Shown here one piece after another: positions 53,421 through 64,000 of a DNA stretch of 64,000 nucleotides. Origin of the DNA: Octopus vulgaris (lineage: Eukaryota). The stretch lies in NCBI GenBank assembly GCA_951406725.2, contig OX597817.1:112840001-112904000 (forward strand), read 5' to 3'. Position 1 is the stretch's first letter. Each line of letters begins with the position of its first letter. The notes under the pieces were generated by a model that was not told the origin of the DNA, searched no databases, and saw nothing but the letters and a program-made list of their open reading frames with translations. Position numbers and translations under genes: made by a program.

Positions 53421-54344
53421 TCCTCATCAATGCTGGTGCCAATTAAAATCTACCCAAGTCACTCTGTAAAGTAGTTGGCATTAGGAAGGGTCTCCAACTG
53501 TAAAAACCATGTCAAAACAGACAGTGAAGCCTGGTGCAGTCTTCTGGCTTGCCAACTCTTGTCAAACCATCCAACTCATGCCAGCATGGAAAAATGATGA
53601 TGATGAGGAGGAGGTGGGTGAGGATGAGGATGATGATGATGATGACTAACGTGTCTTCTACACTGCAATCATTTTAGTTTGAACAGATGGTCGCAAATCA
53701 ATACTCTTGCCATGCAAGTTCATCTGTGTCACGTATATAAATGTATATGAAATTATTTCACTATGGCTCTACATGAGTGTTTGATATGAAATATGTCCAA
53801 CAATTGAGCATACATATGAAGATTTAAGTGGTGTTAAAAAAAAACAGATATAGAAGATTTTAATGTAATAATAACTTATAATATAAAGATTGGCACAAGA
53901 CCAACTTCATTTTTATTTTTTCAGAAAGTGGGAACAATTGATTACATATCAATTACTCTAATCAAGTACCTCATTGGCACTTATTTTATCAACTACAGAA
54001 AGATATGGATTGCTGTATGAATTTAATCCTTTCTATTAAAGCCACAATGCCAGAAATTTTGTGGGAGGGGACTAGTCATTTACATCAACCCCAGTGTATT
54101 TCACTGGTACTTAAATTATCAACCCCAAAAGGATGAAAGGCAAAGCTGACCTTGGCAGAATTTGAACTCAGAATATAAAGATAGATGAAATGCCACTAAG
54201 CATTTTGCCCAGTATGCTAATGATTCTACCAGCTTACCACCTTTGCTGTATGAATTTCATGATATAGTTTTGCATACATACACTCACACACACACACACA
54301 CACACTCACACACACACATTCATATCTACATGAACATACATGTG

Positions 54345-54600
54345 CTTGTTTGCTTGCTTGCTTTATGCTCTTGCTTGATGGGGCTAGGGTCACTCCAGGT
54401 TAGTGGACCCAGACACATCGGCATGCATGGAGCTGACATGGTCCACCAGTGCTCTCCATTGCTGGTGGTCCCATGCCAACCCCTCTGCATCCACCAAAGG
54501 GACGCTGAGCTTCTGGAGATCTTCCCCAGTCACATCCAGGCATTAGTCATGAGGCCTGCTGAGAGGCCTCTTACAGCCTGCAGAAAATCCTATAGCCAAA
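54345..54600 (-). mobile_element. RTE LINE 3' end with (CAAG)n tail (second RTE family)
   Basis: Reverse complement reads GCKRPLSRPH...EDLQKL...AEGLAWDHQQWRALVD, followed by a CAAGCAAG tail. Confidence 0.65.
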
Positions 54601-55140
54601 ATACTGAGCACTGAATTCTTTTACACACACACATTTAGCCTTTTGCTTTTATCAGTTTTGTTTTATTTTTTGCTTTCTTTAATACATGTATAAACATGCA
54701 TACATACATACATACATACATACATGTATACATATATATATATATATATATAAAATACACTTTATTGAAAAAGTTTCCTGAAAATTAAACATGTATATTT
54801 ATAGTAACTCACTCACACAAACATACACACACATATATATACATACAATTCACCATACACTTAAACGACCACATACATACTCTCACACACGCACAAATAT
54901 TTTACCTAGACATGCCCATAAACACTCCCTAACATTCACATTCACACATGTATACATACAATTGACCCTTACACTAAAAATGCAAGCAAGGCTGACCCAA
55001 GCAATTTTGCATGAATGGTTTTAACTTTTGGCATCTTGTATCACTAAAGTGTAGAAAGTATGTTTGTTTTTTAAGGAGCATTTTTATGTAGATTATTTTA
55101 AACTTGAAGGAGACCATCTTCCTGAAATGTCACAGTATAT

Positions 55141-55370
55141 ATTTCTTTGCTACCCACAAGGGGCTAAACATAGAGGGGACAACCAAGGACAGACAAAGGG
55201 ATTAAGTCGATTACATCGACCCCAGTGCGAAACTGGTACTTTATTTATCGACCCCGAAAGGATGAAAGGCAAAGTCGACCTCAGCGGAATTTGAACTCAG
55301 AACGTAACGACAGACGAAATACCGCTAAGCATTTTGCCCAGCGCGCTAACGTTTCTGCCAGCTCGCCGCC
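55141..55370 (-). mobile_element. tRNA-SINE family C, young copy with Tx1-like tail
   Basis: CpG-rich; flanking direct repeat ATGTCACAGTATA at 55127-55139 and 55383-55395. Confidence 0.9.
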
Positions 55371-55626
55371 CTCTTTAACCACATGTCACAGTATAGGATG
55401 TGGCCTCCTTGAGCATGGGCCCCCCTTGGGCACAGGCCCCTCCCTTGGGGGCAAGGCCCAACTGGGAGCAATCAGTCCAATTGGCTTAAGGCCAGCCCTG
55501 TGTGTTGGAGCCTATTTTGTATGTGTGTGTGTGTGTGTGTGGTATGTATTTCGACCCACTTCTTGACAACTGATGTTGGCTTGTTTATATACTTGTAACT
55601 TAGTAGTTTGTCTAAAAATATATATA

Positions 55627-56128
55627 TAGTAATCACTCACCATATCGCAGTTCACTTATCACACCCTCAGTACATCACAGATTTTTCTGGCTAATATATG
55701 TAAATTTATATCACGGCCTCCTCAGAATACACCGTGGGTTTCTGTGGCCAATAAGTATTTATATTGTTTTAGATTTTAATTATTTTTGTGATAAAATAAA
55801 CATTTTCATGCCCAAAAATTCATAAATTAATAAATACAAATACAGTACAGTACTGCACTATATGACACATTAATTAAAATATATTAAAAGAAAATATGTA
55901 GTGTATCGTAAATGAGTAAACAAAGAATCACACATACTGTATGGAAGACGAAACTTTGGATGTGAGTGTGTGGTGTTGTTTTACATTTATAATAAAATAA
56001 ATATATACAAATTCTAAAAATAATGAAATAGAATACATAGTACTGTTTCTATAATACTTTGCGGATTTTCACCTGTCGCGGGATATTTTGGAATATAACT
56101 AACACCCGTGATAGTTGAGGGATTACTG
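55627..56128. mobile_element. pogo/Tigger-like MITE
   Basis: TA-(T/C)AGTAATCACTCACCATATCGCAG ... CCGTGATAGTTGAGGGATTACTG-TA. Confidence 0.7.
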
Positions 56129-58325
56129 TATGTATATATATAAATATATATATATGAATAGAATATGTACCAGACTTTAAAAAAAAACCTAACAACTGGG
56201 ATTGGTTTGTTCAACTAAAACCCTTCGAGGCACTACCCCAAAATGTCCACAACCCATTGAGTAAAACAAGTAACTGCTAGAAGGCAAAAAGTACCTTGAT
56301 CCAAAGTCTTTGATTTGCTTCTGAATTTTAGCTATGGTTAATATATTTACTTTCCAGGAAAAAGTGATTATACAGTGAAACGAAATTCTTATTTTTTGTC
56401 TTTGGTCTGTAAGTGCTTCTTTCCTATTTACTTTATCTAGAAATCAACAGAAATAACTACTATTCTCTTCAAACTCTACTTTTGTGACCAGGACATTAAT
56501 GTTATGAAACACCTATTTTCCATTACATATCAGACAGATTCGGTGCTCAGTTGCTGAAACAGAAACATTACAGGAAATATTCTGCTCAACGCCACATATC
56601 TGCTTGTCAGTTGCTTGACCGTAACCAGTTGAGCATGTCCCTTAGTGACTAAGCATGAGCAGGAGTAGTGGGGGAGCAATCATAGCCATGTGTTGAGAGG
56701 GATTCTTTGGGGTTTGAATAAATGTAAGAAAAGCAAAGTTTGAAGGCAATGTTAGCCATTTTTCATACTTTGAAGGGGTAAGCAAATAAGAAATAACAGT
56801 TGCTACCCAAGGACAAAAAATGTGTTATGCAGTGTTATTGTTTACAATAATGGAATAGAGGTATCTTTATCTTTTATTTTTTATCTTTTACTTATTTAAG
56901 TAATACAACAGTGTCCATGCTTTTGAATGACTGAAGGGCTTACCAGACTTTGAATAATGAGTAATGATGTTGATTTACTTGACTAAACCCTTCAAGACAG
57001 TGCCATAGCATGGCTGCAGTCCAATGTAAAAGATAAAAGACAATCAATATATTAGAACCTTTTCAATTCTCACAGCCCAACCCCTACCATCTGAGAAACA
57101 CTGATCTAGTCCATTGCTGAAAATCTCTTAAGTTACATGGATGTAAAGAAACAGTCACTGGCTGCTGAGCAGTGTCAGGAGACATACACAAACACAAAGA
57201 TCAACACACAGAAACACACGCACACACATATATACTTTCTTATTTTGGCACAAGGCCAGCAAATTTTAGGGCTGGGGAGGTTGATTACATTGACCTTGGT
57301 ACTCAACTGGTACTTATTTTGTCAACCTCGAAAGGGTGAGAGGCAAAGTCAACCACTGCAGAATTTGAACTCTCAGAACATAAAGTCAGAAGAAATACCA
57401 CTAAGTGTTCAGCATGGTAATGTTTCTGCTCACCTTACCACATTTATATATATATATATATATATATATATCATCATCATCATCATCATTTTCATGTTCA
57501 TTTTCCATGCTTACATTTGTCAGACAGAATTTGCAGAGGTGGATTTTTTACAGCCAAATGCCCTTCTTGATGCCAACACTAACCATTTTTTTTTATGACA
57601 GTGACACAACTGTCATAGTCAAGACAAGTAGACAGTAACACATACAGACAGATGGAAGAGAGGGAAAAGGGTCTATTGGGTTGATATCCACCATGTTAGG
57701 GCATGTGTGTTTGTGAGTGCATTTATCCACATGAAAGGAAGTACAGTTTATCATACCTGTGTGCCTCATCATGACTATAATCACCAGTCCCCCAGCTTCA
57801 GCCATTCCACCACCAATACCTGTGAATCCAGCAAGGAGTTTAACCAGAATATACACAAATGTACTCACAAGCACACACATCCTAACATGGCAGACATCTA
57901 TCCAACAAGGTAGACATAGACCCTTTTCCACTCTCCCCTCCAATATAAGCCCACACGCATATTGTACCCCTACACACACTCCACGCATACATAAATGCCC
58001 CAAGAATTTAATCTTAAGGTTTTAACCGAAACGTAAAAGTAAGAAAACACACTAATGAACACAGATGTGTATGCAGCCTCACCCACTGAGAAAACGCTGC
58101 ACATATAGTACCACACATATTCCATTTCTACAAGAACACCAACCTTAAAAATACACACATTTTTCATACACTCTTTTCTAGATGGTGTTTTGCTACCAAG
58201 GAACATAATTCTTAACTTAACCCTTGCTCGGTTCATTTCATTGTCTTTTCCACAGCAACCACAAGCCAGATGTATCTGTTCACCTCCAACAATAGAAAGT
58301 AGTCGGTGTATTTCATTCCATAACT

Positions 58326-58415
58326 GCCATCTCTGAAGAGCTCAGGGTTACATAATTGAACTCTTACCTAACAGTCTGTTGAACCCCTAGTGCAAAACCG
58401 ATTGGTAAGATTGGC
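58326..58415 (+). ncRNA. Hammerhead ribozyme inactivated by CpG-type decay
   Basis: GCCATCT-CTGAAGA-GC..GGGTT...AACCC..GC-AAAA-CCGATTGG-TA|AGATTGGC. GAAA is changed to AAAA and CCGATCGG to CCGATTGG. Confidence 0.7.
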
Positions 58416-58513
58416 CATAATGGATATATAATGCTGTACACTTCAATTAATATACCCACTCTACTGACAGATATACAAGTGCATTTTTTCCTGACTTATG
58501 GATTCTTAGATGG

Positions 58514-58570
<57 letters not shown>

Positions 58571-58988
58571 TATGTATATATTTCAACAATTGAGGGTAAA
58601 ATTAATTAATTATTAATCAATTTCACCAAGTATTCAGTATGTAAAGGGACCATTTAAGGCGAATTCAAAATATTACATTTTATAAAGGGCTTAGTAAAAT
58701 AAATTACTTTGCCACATACTGAACTCATTAGAAATAGCAGCCAAAAAAAATTTTTTTAGCCATTTCTAATACTTAAAGAAAATTTCTCTCAGATAGTGTT
58801 TACTCAAAATGACCCACGAAGGTATGGGGGTAAAAACATTAAAAAAAACATTAAAAAATCACAAGTGCAAAGATTATTTGAGAACGTACGTTTCTAGATC
58901 AGCCAAATACAATTCGACATTTCTTTCGTCAGCTCAAAATTTCTTAATTCGGATTTGTAAACACTGAAAGTAGGAGCATACCCTTTTG

Positions 58989-59089
58989 GCTCAGGGTTAC
59001 ATAATTGAATTCTTACCTAACAGTCTGTTGAACCCCTAGTGCAAAACCGATTGGTAAGATTGGCCATAATGGATATATAATGCTGTACA
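58989..59089 (+). repeat. 101-bp duplicate of 58340-58440
   Basis: One mismatch; contains the 3' half of the hammerhead. Confidence 0.92.
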
Positions 59090-59180
59090 TTACTTTATAT
59101 TAATATTATATTAAAAATTTTTTTATGTATTGATTAAGTCTTTCCTTGTTTGATTTGCGAAATAGTGGTTTTGTCTCTAA

Positions 59181-59590
<410 letters not shown>

Positions 59591-60099
59591 ATATAAATGG
59601 CTCTACTCAGGTATTCAAGTTCAATTATTACATATTTCAATCCTCAAATCAAATAAACTTATCAGCACTCTAAATGCTAGTCTGTTACAACATGACTAAT
59701 ATCTCAACTCAATCTCATCTCATTCTTCTTCTTCTTTGCTCTCTCTCTCTCTATCTCTATTTCTCTCTCTCTGCTTACCTATCTGTGTTTTGCTGTTTGT
59801 CTATGTATTTCCCTGCTCCACCATCCATCCATCCCTCTATGCTATAACATAAGCAAGATCGTCCTTCATTCTACCTCAAATTGTAGCCTATAGGCCACAT
59901 GCTCTTGTCGTATGCCTTTTATATTACCATTGAACAATATATAAATCCAACAGCATTGTTAATCTGCCATCATTGTACACACACACACACACACACACAT
60001 TCACTTAGTCCACATTTTCCATGAGAAGCATAGATTGTGACTATTTCATGTCAGTAGATGCTATCTTGGGCTACCTCTTTCTTTTCAGATCAAGAGAGA

Positions 60100-60385
60100 C
60101 CAATTGCTTTCGTTTCTTCTTCCACACATCCTTTCCAGGTCGTCTTAGGTCATCCAACTTCCCTCTTTCCTTCAGGTTGCCAGTTTAACACTTTGTCTTG
60201 CAATGCTGCTTGGAGGTCTCCTTAGAGTGTAACCAATCGGGCCTCATTTCCTTTTCAGAATTTCTTGATTTATGGAAGGAAGTTTGGTTCATTCTACCCC
60301 ACAGGCTTCTGTTTGAAATTTTGTCTGACCACCAGATTAGATTGTGGTTTGAATTTCCAGACTGATGGTGCATTGTGTTCAAAAC
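60100..60385 (-). mobile_element. RTE LINE C-terminal fragment
   Basis: Reverse complement reads LIWWSDKISNRSLWGRMNQ...LNWQPEGKREVG*PKTTWK. Confidence 0.7.
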
Positions 60386-60991
60386 CCTTCATTCCTCATT
60401 GCTCCAGTTCACTCAGCTGGATATGCGTAACCCTGTGATGGTCTTACATTCCATTCAGCAGAGAATATTGACCTGCGTACCTAGTTATTAGATTGCTATC
60501 ATTTGAAAGCTACAACAATGTGAGGAAATACATTGTGATCAGCGGTGTATAACAACATCCAACAGTCTGGTTGATACAGTGATGCAGCAATTGTTCTTTT
60601 CGATGGGTTGTCTGCACAACATTTTATTCATTTTAAAGAGATTGTTCACTCTCTCATGAAATCCTTCAGGTGATCCTTGTTGCTTAAACAATCACACATA
60701 AGGAGAAACTTGGAATGGCAAAACAAAGGGAGTTATCAGCTTTGAGCAAATATATGTGTGTATATGTAGTTAGAAATTTGTGCTTTTTATATGCATTAAA
60801 GTAGTGAACATTAACTGAAAAATAAACCCAATATAAGTGTAGAGACTGATATTTTTGATAATTTCATTGACACTGACTTCAAAGTTTTCCTGGTCATTGA
60901 CCTTGTCAGAAATTTTGAAGTTGCTGTCAGTAGAATTTTGTGTGTGTGTTTGTGTGTATGTGTACATGAGTGTGAGCTTGTGTATTCATGA

Positions 60992-61062
<71 letters not shown>

Positions 61063-62032
61063 CCTCTGTCTTACAACTAGCATCTGGGACCTATACAAAG
61101 TGCTGACTTCCAATACACATGTAAGTCAACATAACTCTTGGATTATGCATGTCACATTTGCTCTACAACTTTTACAAGTCATTCTATTAAAGCTTCACTG
61201 CTCTACTTATCATACATTTCACCACATGTTTCATTCAGTTTATTTGTTTTATTTTTCATCCCATTTCCTTTTATATATTATATATCTATAAAATATATAA
61301 ATATATACATACAGACACTGTATGATTTTCTAATGCTATATTATCTATCTTCCACCAGATAAAAGGTTGAGCTGAATAAAGAGAGAGGGAGGGGACTAAA
61401 AGAATATGGAAAATTACTGAGAGATTTAGTAAGTTTCACTCCTTCCATGATAGATTCCTCTATAAATAAATATCTGGGAGATGGCAAGGTTTATTTCCTA
61501 TTAAATATCACCACTCTGATTAATGCGCTATTATTATTCAGAACATGAACTGATAACCTTTTTTTCTGGTCATTATATTAGTGATTAATGGATTTTTATT
61601 GATTTCCCCCAACATTTTTTTTTCCTATTCTAATTTTACTTATCGCAGAATAACATCAGACAAACAAAAGATGCAAAGGATGAGTATTTGAATTGAACCC
61701 ATTTTCTCCGTCTCCTCAACAAAGTTGCAGTTTATGAGGTTAGATCAATTAGATCATTTCTTCCTTTGTATCAATAAATAAAAATGATGTAAGTTTGTTT
61801 TTTTTTTCATAAAATCACATTTTACATAGAACAAACTTTTTTTTTATTGCATTCAAATCAATTTCTTTCAATGAGTCATTAGATATAATGCTTAGAACAG
61901 TGATTTACCATATAAAATGCCTTTCACAGTATTTAAAGAAGAGCCCCTGAAATGTTGAATAAATTCAGTTGCCATACTGTGTAGACAGTATATTTCAAGT
62001 TCTTATTTTGCAACTGTCAGATGATGGAGTCA

Positions 62033-62153
62033 CTTGTCTTGCCAAAGACTACACAGGGAGTGAGTAAGACAGATAGATCCTCACCAGTTTCCTTGTCTTG
62101 CCAAAGACTACACAGGGAGTGAGTAAGACATATAGATCCTCACCAGTTTCCTT
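62033..62153. repeat. 59-bp tandem duplication
   Basis: CTTGTCTTGCCAAAGACTACACAGGGAGTGAGTAAGACA(G/T)ATAGATCCTCACCAGTTTC x2, one mismatch. Confidence 0.95.
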
Positions 62154-63021
62154 AGATTCGAAATTTTACTCTATTTATTATATTCAACCATTTTACTGTT
62201 TGCTCTGCATTCAAATTCCATCAGTATTAACTTTGCCTCTCATCTCCCTGACTTTGTTATTATTTTATGGTTATTTTTACATGCTGGCATAGATGTGACA
62301 AAATATACTGAGATAATATCCTATGGCCATAAACCTTTACTGTCAGTAACCATTATCTGTCTTTCAAATATTTTGGTTCCACTGATCCTCACATATCAAA
62401 ACCATTGATCTATAGAGTGTATCGCATTTAGGGCATGTAAACATGATATCACTGTGACTCAAATGGTATTAAGCAAAGACACATGGAAAAGGAACTGTCC
62501 CAACCACACACATGCAAACACACATGTATGCACATATATATACATAAATATGTGTATGTTTTGATGGAATGGGTTGGTATCAAAAATTGAATGAAAGGGA
62601 TCCTTGGTTGAATGTCTCTAAACCAAGTGGAGCACAGAATATGTGTTCAGTGTGTGATCTGCATTTTAGTGGTGGCTGTGGAATTTAGCACCATGGATTC
62701 AGTCAGTGTGCAATATCTTTGGGATTATTTAGTAGCCTTAGTCAAGGTCTGATTTTGCCAAGATACATACATACATACATACATGCATATATATATATAT
62801 ATATATATATATAAATTCAATTAGAGGATATGTTAACCTCATGAAGGGATGGTTGCATCCAAGGAAATATTGGTTCAATACCTAGTATTGTTGGGGAATT
62901 AAATTCCCTTAAAACAATAGGTATATATTAAGCATATAATTTATATACAGTTAAAGGAAAAAAAGGAAATGGAGATAAGGAAGTTAACAATTATTTATTA
63001 TTAACAAATTGGTCATCTTCG

Positions 63022-63119
63022 CTTCTTACAGCCGTTTCAATTAATACTCAATAATTTAATTATAAATTTGTACATTAAATTTGCATATATGTGACATGAG
63101 TATAATTTCATCAGAGAAA
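63022..63119 (-). ncRNA. Type I hammerhead ribozyme
   Basis: Reverse complement: TTTCT-CTGATGA-AATTATACTCA...TGAGTAtTAATT-GAAA-CGGCTG-TA|AGAAG. Core intact, 11-bp stem II with one bulge, GUA triplet. Confidence 0.82.
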
Positions 63120-63584
63120 AAAAGATGGACCTATCAATTCATTTCAGCAGACTGAATATATATATTGTTATACTTTGGGATGGCCATATTTTGCCAAGTA
63201 TACACATACACACTATATATTTGGTCTTCACTTCAGCTTTATTTTTATTTTTTTAGTGTCTTTGTCCAAGCTCTTTCATCATACATCCTGTGATCTCATT
63301 AGCGATACTTTGTCCCACATATCTCCTCTTATTCTGCTTAGTCCATCATGCACACACACACACACACATGTACATATATAATCAACTGAATAATTAGGTA
63401 CAATCAATGATCTTTCTCCATGTTGAATTATTATTGTTTGGTGAGCAGTCCAGATGTAACTGTCCTGTCTTCATCTATGACATAATACATTGAGAACATA
63501 ATAAGCCAATATGTTCATTCAGATATAATTAGGTTGGAATTTGAAAGAGACATGGTTGCGGTTACATGAAACCAAATAACAGAG

Positions 63585-63978
63585 AAATTATTAGTCCCAC
63601 TTTTATATCATTACACTGTTCATTAGACATACATATTATTACAGTCCATCCATCATCTTGTTACACTGTACACTACATACATTTCAGAACATCTATTATA
63701 CACTCTGCCAGATACATTATCACAGTACATTCTCCATAATGTTACATTCTGCACCAGACATGTTATTATCTATTATATTGTTATACAGACACATTATTAT
63801 TATACTGTACACAAGATATTGTTACATTATACAACAAAGAGCAACATTATTATAGTCCTTCTATAATATTGTTACACTGTACGCTAGCCAAGTTATTAGT
63901 CCTGCTTTTATATTTTACACTGTATATTAAATAGCCACATTGTAACAATCCTTCTACTATAGTGTTACATTGTACACT
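63585..63978. repeat. Degenerate ~45-bp minisatellite
   Basis: Recurrent TT(G/A)TTACACTGTAC / CATTATTA(C/T)AGTCC motifs; period estimated by eye. Confidence 0.6.
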
Positions 63979-64000
63979 AAATGGTATTAAGCAAAGACAC

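Noticed and set aside
58605-58735. Possible tenth hammerhead on the minus strand (CTAATGA, TTCAGTATGT/ACATACTGAA stem, GAAA)
   Set aside because: The core G is mutated, extra bases precede GAAA and stem I is unconvincing. Only the inverted repeat is certain.

Overview
AT-rich eukaryotic, repeat-saturated intergenic or intronic DNA. The tRNA-derived SINE families, RTE LINE tails and very high microsatellite density point to a coleoid cephalopod, probably Octopus; this is inference from repeat content only. No complete protein-coding gene, rRNA, functional tRNA or CRISPR array is supportable, and nearly all supplied ORFs are microsatellite or repeat read-through. The window holds three tRNA-SINE families, many RTE LINE 3' ends (some with an internal ~61-bp minisatellite), and fragments of Tx1/L1-, R4/Dong-, CR1/L2- and Penelope-like retroelements. 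It also holds a decayed Gypsy element, a solo LTR with tandem PBS copies, mariner/Tc1 elements (two are foldbacks) and MITEs. The main hidden signal is at least 9 type-I hammerhead ribozyme motifs (CUGANGA...GAAA...UH), found by eye on both strands in mutually unrelated short elements. Eight of the nine have a (TA)n tract 30-430 bp downstream in transcript orientation, which suggests a diverse, (TA)n-anchored Penelope-like/retrozyme system. A second notable signal is a SINE whose young copies share their 3' tail with a Tx1/L1-like LINE that sits inside (TATC)n. All family assignments were made by eye, with no database search.
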